In this document: piece by piece, positions 55,303 to 64,000 of the stretch
Layout: each line of letters begins with the position of its first letter
Position numbering within the stretch: the stretch's first letter is position 1
Source: an uncultured Gemmatimonadaceae bacterium
GTDB lineage: Bacteria; Gemmatimonadota; Gemmatimonadetes; Gemmatimonadales; Gemmatimonadaceae
Assembly: GCA_963761305.1 (NCBI GenBank)
Contig: CAVXGK010000001.1
Coordinates: 1,152,001-1,216,000 of the forward strand
Direction: 5' to 3'
Length of the DNA: 64,000 nucleotides
Notes under the pieces: generated by a model
Database searches by the model: none
Seen by the model: the letters and a program-made list of their open reading frames with translations, nothing else
Told to the model about the DNA's origin: nothing
Position numbers and translations under genes: made by a program

Positions 55303-58300
55303 CCGTTTCGGTGTTCGTCGAGCTCAGAGCCCACAGCTGTTTCTCCTTCTCCGACGGCGCCATCTCCGCCGAAGCGCTCGCACGCCATGCCCGCGCGCTC
55401 GGCTACTCGCATCTCGGCATCACCGATACGGCGGATCTCGGCGGCCTCGCTCGCTTCGCCACCGAAGCGATGTCGCCGCTCAAGGATCCGACGTGCCCCG
55501 CCGCCGACGATCACGACGACACACCGTGCCGCGTCTGTCAGTATCCCGTGTGCCCGATCGTCGGCGCCGAGTTGAACATCGACGGTCATCCCGCCGCGTT
55601 TCTCGCGAAGAACGAAACCGGCTACTGCAATCTCGCCGCGCTCGTCACGCTCGCCCGCGTCGGCCAATGGTCGCAATGGAAAAGACCGATTCAAGCGAAA
55701 CGCCGCGGCCGTCCCAAGATCACCTGGGAGCAACTCGTCGCGCATTCCGACGGCCTTCACGCACTCACCGGTCCCGCGACAGGCGAGCTCTCGTCGCTCG
55801 TCCGCGCCGGAAAGACTCGCGCCGCCGAGCAATCACTTCGCCGTTGGCGCGACGTTTTTCACGAACGTCTGGCCATAGAAGTTCAGCTTCATCACACCGG
55901 CGGCCACGAAGCCGCGCTCGCAGCTGAGCTCATCGAGATCGCCGAGCAAGCCGAGCTTCCCTGGTTTGCGACGCAGGACCCGCGGTACGTCGACGAAGCG
56001 GGTCGCCTGGTGCACGACATGCTCACCGCGTTGCGCTACGATCTTTCGATCGACGAAGCCGCTGCGCGCGGCCTGCTGCATCCGAACGGCGAGTGGCGCC
56101 TCCTCTCGCCCCAGGCAATGGCTGAGCGTTGGCAGGGCCGAGAAGAAGGGCTTCGCGAGACGGTTCGCATCGCCGAGGAGTGCACGGGCTTCGTGCTCGA
56201 CTGGATGCGGCCTCCGCTGCCCGATTTTCGCAAAGCCAAGCTCGCGGCGCGACTCTCCGACGTCGACGACAACGTCGCGCTCCACCGCTGGACCGAAGAC
56301 GGGATGCGCGAACGCTGGACCGATCCGACGCCACAGCAATGCGCCCAGATCGACCACGAACTGCAGCTCATCGCGGGCCTCGGCTTCGCGGGCTTCTTTC
56401 TCGTGATGGCCGACGCCGTCCGCTACGCCCGGCACAAGGGCATCCTCTGCCAGGGCCGCGGCAGCGCCGCCAACTCGGCGGTCGCGTTCTGCCTCGGTAT
56501 CACGGCCGTCGATCCGGTGCAGCACGGTCTTCTCTTCGAGCGCTTTCTTTCCGAAGCGCGCGTCGACGGCAAGGCCGAGCCGCCGGACATCGACGTCGAC
56601 TTCGAGCACAATCGCCGCGAGGAAGTGCTCGACTACATGTACGACAACTACGACCGCCAGCACGCCGCGATCACCGCCGTCACGCAGTGCTTCCACGCGC
56701 CGACCGCCGTGCAGGACGCGATGCGCGCGCTCGGCTATCCGGCCGCGACGGCCTTGGAGATCTCGAAGCGCGTCCACGGCGACGAGCCGGCGACGTGCAT
56801 CGAGGCCGTGCGCGACGTCGCCGCGCGCCGCGAGGTCGACCTCGAGACTCCGCGCGGCCGGGCGTTGCTGATGGCGCTCGAGGCGTTTGACGGATTGGCG
56901 AGACTTCGGTCGACGCACGTCGGCGGATTCGTGCTGTCGGCCTCGCCGCTCGGCGACTACTTGCCCGTCGAGCAGACGACGATGGGCCGCACGATCGTCC
57001 AGTTCGACAAGGACGACCTCGACATGATCGGCGTGCCCAAGTTCGACTTCCTCGGACTCGGCGCGCTGTCGATGGTGCGGATCGCCTTCGACACGATCGA
57101 GCAGCACACGGGAGAGCGTCCGCGCATGTACCACATTCCAATGGACGACGCCAAGACCTATCAGCTCATCCAGACCGGCGAGACGATCGGCACGTTCCAG
57201 ATCGAGAGCCGAGCGCAGATCAATTCGATTTTACATACGGCGCCGGATCATCTGTACGACATCGTCGTGCAGGTGGCGCTCATCCGGCCCGGACCGATCC
57301 AGGCGAACTTCGTCCATCCATATACGGCGCGCCGGCTCGGCAAGGAGGCGGTGACGTTTCTGCATCCCGACCTCGAGGAGATCCTCGCCCGCACGCAGGG
57401 GATTCCGATCTTCCAGGAGCAGGCGATGGCGATCGCGATGAAGCTCGGCGGCTACACCGGCGCGCAGGCCGATGCGCTGCGCCGCACGATGGGCAATATC
57501 CGCAAGAAGGGCCGACTAGAATCCGCGCTCGTGGACATGCGGAAGGCCATGCTCGCCCGCGCGGCGTCTGGCGCGATCCGGCCGTTGAGCGACGAGACGG
57601 CGACGCGCATCTGCGACGACCTGGTGAGCTTCGCGAATTATGGATTTCCCGAATCACATGCCTGGAGCTTCGCGCTCATCGCGTACGTGACGACGTACCT
57701 CAAGGCGCACTACCCGACCGAGTTCTTCATCGGCGCGCTCAACGCGCAGCCGATGGGGTTCTATCCGGTGTCGACGCTCGTGCACGACGCGAAACGATTC
57801 GGCGTCGAGGTGCGTCCGCCGTGTCTTCTCCTCGGCAGTCGACAATGCACCTATGAGAATGGCGCGATGCGCATCGGGTGGCGCTTCGTGCGTGGCATCG
57901 GCGACACCATGCTCGACGCGTTGGACGCGGCGCGCACGGACGGTCCGTTCACGTCGATCCGCGACGTGGTGCGGCGAGCGAGGCTGGACCGCGACGACGT
58001 ATTGGCGTTCGCGCAAGCCGATGCGTTCGCCGCGTGGGCCACGGATCGCCGGCACGCCGCGTGGGAAGGACTGCACGCCAGCGGCGACGTCCTGCCGCTC
58101 GCGCCCGCCGTCGCGACGCCGCACGACCCGGTGCCGATTAGCCGAGACGAATTAGTGTTTCTCGACTACCACGCGGTGGGGATGAGCATCGCCGGGCATC
58201 CGATGGCGTCGGTGCGCGACAAGCTCGTGCGCGGCGGCGCGATCGACACGCGCGAGCTGATGAAGATGCCGAACGGCCGGAAGGTGACGATCGGCGGGCT

Positions 58301-58553
58301 GGTGACGGTGCGCCAGCGTCCGGCGACGGCGGGCGGGACGATCTTTCTGTTGTTGGAAGACGAGTGGGGCTACGCGAACATCGTCGTGCCTCAGCCACTC
58401 GTGGCGCCGAACGAGGAGGTGGTGAAGCGCGACCCTTTCGTGCTAGTGCAGGGGCGCGTGGAGAACGACGGCGCGGCGATCTCGATCGTGGGGCAGCGGT
58501 TCAAGACGCTGGACGTGGGCGCATTGACGCATCGAGCTCACGAGTTCCGCTGA
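55299..58553 (+). CDS. dnaE2: Error-prone DNA polymerase III alpha subunit
   Basis: PHP domain; QGRGSAANS, PPDIDVDFEH, KFDFLGL, FQIESRAQ, YGFPESHA, NAQPMGFY, RQRPATAGG. Confidence 0.96.
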   Translation: MTVSVFVELRAHSCFSFSDGAISAEALARHARALGYSHLGITDTADLGGLARFATEAMSPLKDPTCPAADDHDDTPCRVCQYPVCPIVGAELNIDGHPAAFLAKNETGYCNLAALVTLARVGQWSQWKRPIQAKRRGRPKITWEQLVAHSDGLHALTGPATGELSSLVRAGKTRAAEQSLRRWRDVFHERLAIEVQLHHTGGHEAALAAELIEIAEQAELPWFATQDPRYVDEAGRLVHDMLTALRYDLSIDEAAARGLLHPNGEWRLLSPQAMAERWQGREEGLRETVRIAEECTGFVLDWMRPPLPDFRKAKLAARLSDVDDNVALHRWTEDGMRERWTDPTPQQCAQIDHELQLIAGLGFAGFFLVMADAVRYARHKGILCQGRGSAANSAVAFCLGITAVDPVQHGLLFERFLSEARVDGKAEPPDIDVDFEHNRREEVLDYMYDNYDRQHAAITAVTQCFHAPTAVQDAMRALGYPAATALEISKRVHGDEPATCIEAVRDVAARREVDLETPRGRALLMALEAFDGLARLRSTHVGGFVLSASPLGDYLPVEQTTMGRTIVQFDKDDLDMIGVPKFDFLGLGALSMVRIAFDTIEQHTGERPRMYHIPMDDAKTYQLIQTGETIGTFQIESRAQINSILHTAPDHLYDIVVQVALIRPGPIQANFVHPYTARRLGKEAVTFLHPDLEEILARTQGIPIFQEQAMAIAMKLGGYTGAQADALRRTMGNIRKKGRLESALVDMRKAMLARAASGAIRPLSDETATRICDDLVSFANYGFPESHAWSFALIAYVTTYLKAHYPTEFFIGALNAQPMGFYPVSTLVHDAKRFGVEVRPPCLLLGSRQCTYENGAMRIGWRFVRGIGDTMLDALDAARTDGPFTSIRDVVRRARLDRDDVLAFAQADAFAAWATDRRHAAWEGLHASGDVLPLAPAVATPHDPVPISRDELVFLDYHAVGMSIAGHPMASVRDKLVRGGAIDTRELMKMPNGRKVTIGGLVTVRQRPATAGGTIFLLLEDEWGYANIVVPQPLVAPNEEVVKRDPFVLVQGRVENDGAAISIVGQRFKTLDVGALTHRAHEFR

Positions 58554-59521
58554 AGCCCTCGTCCCTCACCACGCTCGCTCCGCAGCGTCCACAGCTGTCC
58601 CAGCTTCAAGTCCCACTCCTTCGGCTTGAAGTGCTGCATTCCGCCCGCCGGCGTGAAGGTGAGCTCGCTGAAATAGACCTTGCCGTCCACGTTGTACAGG
58701 TCGACGCGCACGAAGTCGAACTCCTCCGACAAACGGGATGCGACACGCATCATCTCGTCGAAGTTCGCCGGCTTGGCGATCGGCGGCCGGTCGAGGACGC
58801 GGCCGCTGGGCGTGAACTCGAGTGAATTCCAGTCGACGTCGTAGTACGGATTGATGGACTGCGCGACGTTGCCGACGCCGACCACGTGCGGCGCGCCGTG
58901 AAAGCACCAGAAGCGGTAGACCAGCGCTTCGCTCGCGTCGGCGTGCGAGAGATACTCTTCGACCATCAACCGGCGCGGAATGTGAAAGTACTGATACTCG
59001 CGCGCCTCCCAATAGAGATTCGTGGCGAGCCACGTGGAGGCCGAGCGTATCACTTCGTCGCGGTCGGGCGGGGTGTCCTTCACGATAATGATGAACCCCG
59101 AGCCGTGGCTGGCCTTGATCACGTAATTGGCCGGCAGCGAGTCGAATGGGATCCGCGCCGGGTCGGTGCCCTGCCAGAGCACCTTGACCAGGCATTGTTC
59201 GCCGATCTTCGCGGCGACGTACGACCGCACCGCGAGCTTGTCGGTGAGGCGCGTGAACTTGGGGTCGACGCGGCGGTTCCACCGCACCATGCGGCAATAC
59301 AGCTTCTCGGTGAAGGTGCGCGGGTTCTCCAGATCGAGGCGGTACCCGTGCATGCCGGCGAACCGGTTCAGCAAGATCCACTCGCCTTCGGACCGGCGCA
59401 GGGCTCGGCGTTTCGCATACCGAAGCCAGCGCAGTTCCGGCCGTTCCCGGGCGCGGTCCTTGGTCGCGCGCAACATGCTCAACGCCGAACCGATCAGACC
59501 TTGATGGTCGCTACGCAGCAT
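58538..59521 (-). CDS. TupA-like ATP-grasp amidoligase
   Basis: NPRTFTEK, DKLAVR, VIKASHGSG, FVRVDLY, FSELTFTP. Confidence 0.92.
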   Translation of the reverse strand: MLRSDHQGLIGSALSMLRATKDRARERPELRWLRYAKRRALRRSEGEWILLNRFAGMHGYRLDLENPRTFTEKLYCRMVRWNRRVDPKFTRLTDKLAVRSYVAAKIGEQCLVKVLWQGTDPARIPFDSLPANYVIKASHGSGFIIIVKDTPPDRDEVIRSASTWLATNLYWEAREYQYFHIPRRLMVEEYLSHADASEALVYRFWCFHGAPHVVGVGNVAQSINPYYDVDWNSLEFTPSGRVLDRPPIAKPANFDEMMRVASRLSEEFDFVRVDLYNVDGKVYFSELTFTPAGGMQHFKPKEWDLKLGQLWTLRSERGEGRGLQRNS

Positions 59522-59542
59522 CGAGCCGCCCGGCGGAAGACG

Positions 59543-60463
59543 TCAATCGCGTAGCGTCCACATCTGGCCGATCCTGAGATTCCAGTCGGCCGGATCAAAC
59601 GCGAAGGATCCGGCATCGGGCGTGAACGTGAACTCGCTGAAGTAGATCCTTCCATCGACGTTGTATAGATCGACTCGGACGAAGTCGAGGCCCTCGGACA
59701 AACGCGTCGCGAGCGCGACCATCCGGTCCAAGTTCAGCGGCTTCGGCGACTCTCGTTTGGGCGGCCGGCGTGCTTGATGCGTGAATCCGAGCGGATTCCA
59801 GCGCAGGTCGTAGAACAAACCGATGGTGTGGTCCAGGTTGTCCACGTTCAGGATTCGCGGTACGCCGTCGAAGCACCAGAATCGGTATAGCAGGACGTGG
59901 CTTCCGTCGGGACTTGCCAGAAGCTCCTCGATCATCACCTGCGGCGCGATGTGGTAGTACTGCGCCTCGCGGCACGCCCAATACAGGTTGCTCTCGACCC
60001 AGGTGGTTGCCTTTCGAACGATGTCGTCGCGGTCGGCCGTTCCCTCGACTATGATGATGTACCCGGAGCCGTGGTTGGTCTTGACCACGTAGTGGGTCGG
60101 GAGGGTGTCGAACGGAATCTGCTGCGGGTCCTTCCCGTGCCAGAGCAGCGGCACCAGGTACTCGTCACCAATGCGGGCGCTCACGTGCGAGCGCACCGCG
60201 AGCTTGTCTGCAAGAAGTGTGAACCGGGGGTCGACGCGGCGATTCCACCGCACCATTCGGCAGAACACCTTTTCGGAAAAGGTTTGCGGGTTCTTCAGGT
60301 CCAGTCGGTAGCCATGAAGGGCAGCGAATCGTTCGAACAGCCGTTTTTCGCCCTCCGAGCGGCGCAGCAACCGGCGTCCGGCGTTTCGCAGCCTCCTCAG
60401 CCCCGGCCGTTGCAAGAGGCGGCTCTCCCGCAACGACTCCAGGACCCGGTCAAGCATGGTCAT
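59543..60463 (-). CDS. TupA-like ATP-grasp amidoligase (paralog)
   Basis: NPQTFSEK, DKLAVR, VVKTNHGSG, FVRVDLY, FSEFTFTP. Confidence 0.92.
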   Translation of the reverse strand: MTMLDRVLESLRESRLLQRPGLRRLRNAGRRLLRRSEGEKRLFERFAALHGYRLDLKNPQTFSEKVFCRMVRWNRRVDPRFTLLADKLAVRSHVSARIGDEYLVPLLWHGKDPQQIPFDTLPTHYVVKTNHGSGYIIIVEGTADRDDIVRKATTWVESNLYWACREAQYYHIAPQVMIEELLASPDGSHVLLYRFWCFDGVPRILNVDNLDHTIGLFYDLRWNPLGFTHQARRPPKRESPKPLNLDRMVALATRLSEGLDFVRVDLYNVDGRIYFSEFTFTPDAGSFAFDPADWNLRIGQMWTLRD

Positions 60464-60815
60464 CGGTCACCCATCAAGGATTTCCTTTAACGCCCGGCTT
60501 GGCGGTGCGTCGAACGACTGGGTCTGCCGGCTCACCTGCCGGACGCAAAGTCCATTACGATTCAGTGGATCAGACTTTAGCTCTGGCGGTGGGGCGCCGT
60601 AAATCAAGAATTGGTCGGGTGGTGCGACGCCCCGGCGGCCGCAGCCGCTTTTATCTCGGAAAAACGTCTTTTCTGCATGATACCGGTCGGCTCCGTGACC
60701 TACAGGACGAACGTTTTGTTGCAGGGAAACCGGGGCCCGCATCACATCGGCCGGGCCGTCGGAGGCGAACACCGCGACGCGAGCATGAGAATCTCGTGAG
60801 CCCCTCGTAAGCCCA

Positions 60816-61793
60816 ATGAAGCCAACGATTCTGCTCGCGACGCGCAACCGAGGGCCGACCCTCGAAGCCGTGCTAACCGACTACTGCGCGCTCGAGGTTC
60901 CGGCCGGCGGCTGGGAAATCGTCATTGTCGACAACGGCAGCACCGACCGCACCAAGCAGGTCGTTGACGCGTTCAGCAATCGGCTGCCGATCTCGTACTG
61001 TTTCGAGGCGACGCCTGGAAAGAACGCCGCGCTGAACCGGGGGTTGCCGCTCGTGACGGGCGATTTGATCGTCTTCACCGACGACGACATTTTTCCGAAG
61101 CGGGACTGGCTGACGCAGCTCTGCACCGCGGCAGACTCGCACCCGTCGTACACGATCTTTGGCGGGATCATCGCACCGCGCTGGGAAGTGCAGCCGTCGG
61201 AGGCGATTCGGCGAGCGGTGCCGTTGAGCATCTGCTTTGCCATTCATGCGCCCGGAATGCAGGAAGGACCCAGCGATCCCGATCGCGCGTTCGGCGGCAA
61301 CGTCGCGATTCGCGCCGACGCGTTCAGGGCCGGCTACCGCTTCGATCCGACGATGGGGCCGCGCCCGAAATCGTCGCCCATGGGCAGTGAGACGGAGTTG
61401 ATTCGCCGACTCGCACGCGACGGGCAGAAGGTCTGGTGCTGCGAGCAGGCAGTCGTCGAGCACCTGATTCCGCGCGCCCACATGGAGATGTCGTGGATCT
61501 TGAAGCGAGCCGAACGCTGGGGACGCGCGAGCGCCAGGCTCGACGCTTGCGATAATCCCGACTTGGGTCCGATGTGGATGGGAATTCCGCGCTGGGCGTT
61601 TCGCTCGTTCGCGCAAGAAATACGGGATCTGGCGTATGGGATCGCGATCGGCCATGCTGCCAAGGTGCTCAGGGCGCGATGGACGCTGCACGAGCTACGT
61701 GGCGTCGTGTCCGAAGTACGATCGATGGCCAAAACGCAGCCGAGACAGAACGGCTCGAGGCTGGCGCATCGCCCGTCGGATTCGACCGTCTAG
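60816..61793 (+). CDS. Glycosyltransferase family 2
   Basis: IVDNGSTD, GKNAALN, FTDDD, GSETE. Confidence 0.93.
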   Translation: MKPTILLATRNRGPTLEAVLTDYCALEVPAGGWEIVIVDNGSTDRTKQVVDAFSNRLPISYCFEATPGKNAALNRGLPLVTGDLIVFTDDDIFPKRDWLTQLCTAADSHPSYTIFGGIIAPRWEVQPSEAIRRAVPLSICFAIHAPGMQEGPSDPDRAFGGNVAIRADAFRAGYRFDPTMGPRPKSSPMGSETELIRRLARDGQKVWCCEQAVVEHLIPRAHMEMSWILKRAERWGRASARLDACDNPDLGPMWMGIPRWAFRSFAQEIRDLAYGIAIGHAAKVLRARWTLHELRGVVSEVRSMAKTQPRQNGSRLAHRPSDSTV

Positions 61794-61827
61794 CGTCCGC
61801 CCCGCCCGGGCCGGGAGACGACACAAC

Positions 61828-62004
61828 ATGAGAATTGTCGGAAGCATCGTCGGCGTGCTCGTCGCGCTCGTCGGCTGCGTGTGGGTGCTGCAGGGCATCG
61901 GCGTCCTGCCCGGCAGCTTCATGACGGGACAGACGAAGTGGGCGATCAATGGCGCCATCGCCTTCGTCGTGGGACTCGTCATCCTCTGGATCAGCCGCCG
62001 CTGA
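61828..62004 (+). CDS. Small 2-TM membrane protein
   Basis: GGGAG RBS; WVLQGIGVLPGSFMTGQTKW. Confidence 0.8.
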   Translation: MRIVGSIVGVLVALVGCVWVLQGIGVLPGSFMTGQTKWAINGAIAFVVGLVILWISRR

Positions 62005-62038
62005 CCCGACCCGCGCGGACGCGCGCTACCGATCTCAA

Positions 62039-63217
62039 ATGTCAGTGCTCGGGGCGGTGCGAGAGGCGATAGCGCTCGCCTTCTCGATGTTCTGGGTGAT
62101 CCTCTGGCCGCTCATTCTCGGGTTCGGGCTCTCGGGAGTCATCCAGGCGGTCATCCCGAAACAACAGATGGCGCGCGTCCTCGGCGACGACCGCCCCATC
62201 ACGTTACTCAAGGCATGCGGACTCGGCGCCGCATCGAGCTCGTGCTCGTACGCGGCGGTGGCGATCGCGCGATCGATCTTTCGGAAAGGCGCCGATTTCA
62301 CCGCGGCCATGGCGTTCGAGCTCGCGTCGACGAATCTCGTGCTCGAGCTCACCATCATCATGATCGTGTTCCTCGGCTGGCAGTTCGCGGCGGCGGAGTT
62401 CGTCGGCGCACCGCTGATGATCGCCAGCCTTGCGCTGCTCTTTCGGCGGTTCCTGTCGCGGCAGATGATCGACGCGGCGAGAACACAGGCGGACCGCGGC
62501 ATCGCCGGAAAGATGGAGGGCCACAGCGGCATGCACATGGAGGTGACGGAAGGGACGTTCTGGCAGCGGGTCAGCTCGGAACGCGGGCTCACCGCCATCA
62601 GCCACTACTTCGTGATGGACTGGGTGTCGGTATGGAAGGACGTCATCGGCGGACTGCTCATCGCCGGCGCGTTGGCCGCGTGGGTGCCGATGGACTGGTG
62701 GCCGAGGATGTTTCTCACGTCGCATCCGGCGTGGGCGACGTTCTGGGGACCGATCGTGGGCCCGCTGATCGCGATCCTGTCGTTCGTGTGCTCGGTCGGC
62801 AACATCCCGCTCGCGGCGGTGCTGTGGAACGGGGGGATCAGCTTCGGCGGCGTGATCGCGTTCATCTTCGCGGATCTGATCGTCTTGCCGATTCTGGACA
62901 TCTACCGGAAATATTACGGCGGGCGAATGACGTGGTTCCTGCTCGCCACCTTCTATGTCTCGATGGCCGCAGCGGCGCTCGTCGTCGAGCTGCTATTTCA
63001 ATCGCTCGGACTCGTGCCGACACGCGGCTCGGCGCGCGTCGTCGAGTCGACGATCACGTTCAACTACACCACGGTATTGAACGTTCTCTTCCTCGCCCTG
63101 GCCGCGGCGTTGGTGATGCGCTTCGTGCGAACGGGCGGGCCGGCGATGCTGCGCGCGATGAACCAGCCTCCCGCCTCACCGGCCGAGGCATCCGCCGGCG
63201 GCCATCACCACCACTAG
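62039..63217 (+). CDS. Permease, DUF318/ArsP-like
   Basis: GAASSSCSYAA and SFVCSVGNIP repeats; C-terminal HHHH. Confidence 0.88.
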   Translation: MSVLGAVREAIALAFSMFWVILWPLILGFGLSGVIQAVIPKQQMARVLGDDRPITLLKACGLGAASSSCSYAAVAIARSIFRKGADFTAAMAFELASTNLVLELTIIMIVFLGWQFAAAEFVGAPLMIASLALLFRRFLSRQMIDAARTQADRGIAGKMEGHSGMHMEVTEGTFWQRVSSERGLTAISHYFVMDWVSVWKDVIGGLLIAGALAAWVPMDWWPRMFLTSHPAWATFWGPIVGPLIAILSFVCSVGNIPLAAVLWNGGISFGGVIAFIFADLIVLPILDIYRKYYGGRMTWFLLATFYVSMAAAALVVELLFQSLGLVPTRGSARVVESTITFNYTTVLNVLFLALAAALVMRFVRTGGPAMLRAMNQPPASPAEASAGGHHHH

Positions 63218-63687
63218 CGGGACCGTTTCGGCGTCTTGGCGAGCCCGCGAACGAACGTATCGAATTCGTCGTGCATGATCTTCATCGACGGATTCTCCAT
63301 CATGCGCCGGAACGATTTTTCCTGAGCGATCTCCGCCATGCGGCTATTCCACGACTCGAAGTAGTCGGGCGGCAGCTGGCCGTGCTTGTGTGCGTACCAA
63401 GCGATCTCGAAGAGCGACAGCTGCATGAGATTGAGGAAATAGTCCTGAATCTCGCGCTCGGTCTCGAGGTGTTCGACGTCGTGCTCGTGCACGGAGGCGA
63501 GCGACGGGTGCTGCACGCGGATGTATCGCAGCTGGTACTGCAGCTCGACGAGCTTGGAGAAGTTGGCGACGAGCTGCGCCTTGCGGGCGTGCCGGAATTG
63601 GATCGCGGTAAAGATCAAGCCGCCGGCGATCGCGAACGACGACAACGCCTGCAAGGTGATCTGGATGACCTGAAGCTTGAAGGGCAT
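63214..63687 (-). CDS. Hypothetical protein with N-terminal TM
   Basis: One TM helix then a helical domain; normal codon pattern. Confidence 0.7.
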   Translation of the reverse strand: MPFKLQVIQITLQALSSFAIAGGLIFTAIQFRHARKAQLVANFSKLVELQYQLRYIRVQHPSLASVHEHDVEHLETEREIQDYFLNLMQLSLFEIAWYAHKHGQLPPDYFESWNSRMAEIAQEKSFRRMMENPSMKIMHDEFDTFVRGLAKTPKRSR

Positions 63688-63695
63688 CGGCGGCG

Positions 63696-64000
63696 TCAGC
63701 TCGACGACGTTCGTTGGCCGTTCGCGTCCGCCGTTCGGCGGTGTCTATCCACCCACCACGGCCACAACATCAGCGGCCATCCGATCAACGCGGTCCAAGC
63801 GAGCGCCTTCACCGTCGGCGGCGGCGGGCCGAAGCTCGCCGCGTAGAGCGCGAGTAGAAAAACGACGAGGCTCCACAACCCGATTCGTCCGATCCGATCG
63901 ACGGCGTGCGTGGCGCGCGCGTAGATCCACACGCCGCCGAAAAACACCACCAGCTCCACGAGCACCGTCGCGACCGGATTGCGCCACAGCCCGAATCCAA
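63696..64000 (-). CDS. Membrane protein, C-terminal part (5' end off window)
   Basis: GFGLWRNPVATVLVE...FGPPPP...WWVDRHR; several TMs. Confidence 0.7.
   Translation of the reverse strand, partial: GFGLWRNPVATVLVELVVFFGGVWIYARATHAVDRIGRIGLWSLVVFLLALYAASFGPPPPTVKALAWTALIGWPLMLWPWWVDRHRRTADANGQRTSSS

Noticed and set aside
55307..55318. Third SOS-like box (TTCGGTGTTCG) at the dnaE2 start
   Set aside because: Wrong spacing and inside coding sequence.
60464..60815. ops/JUMPstart element in the spacer between the ATP-grasp and GT2 genes
   Set aside because: GGCGGTG matches only part of GGCGGTAG and is common at this GC content.
1..64000. tRNA, rRNA, prophage or integrative element
   Set aside because: No cloverleaf or rRNA-like stretch, integrase, transposase or phage structural gene recognised; intergenic gaps are short.

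Overview
High-GC bacterial chromosome segment with dense gene packing. Gene content and style suggest a Gemmatimonadota-like organism (inference only). About 74 CDS were found; no rRNA, tRNA, CRISPR array, integrase or transposase was recognised. Main modules, left to right: (1) acyl-CoA dehydrogenase and a tightly coupled minus-strand operon DUF72 -> 372-aa membrane protein -> 493-aa membrane-anchored His-rich protein -> SURF1; (2) mntH-USP-DtxR manganese unit; (3) MarR/VOC pair; (4) ABC exporter, OmpR/CusS-like two-component system and TonB-dependent receptor; (5) N6-adenine methyltransferase plus SNF2-like helicase; (6) two PIN toxin-antitoxin pairs; (7) Sdh1-type succinate dehydrogenase; (8) cold-shock gene; (9) ECF sigma/anti-sigma with four DUF4097 genes; (10) SOS mutagenesis region (radical SAM, imuA-imuB-DUF3224-dnaE2); (11) two TupA-like ATP-grasp genes and a GT2. 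The standout is 2098-4694. The 372-aa protein carries two D-x3-H-x12/13-H triads spaced like the PmoC CuC and CuD copper sites, and its C-terminal half aligns by eye to PmoA/AmoA. The next gene has PmoB-like topology (signal peptide exposing an N-terminal His, periplasmic domain, 2 TM helices, periplasmic domains). This looks like a divergent copper membrane monooxygenase (CuMMO)-related system with fused C+A subunits. All homology calls come from motif recognition and recalled reference sequences; no searches were run. Several genes between 37.4 and 44.8 kb are broken by single-base indels that may be assembly errors.
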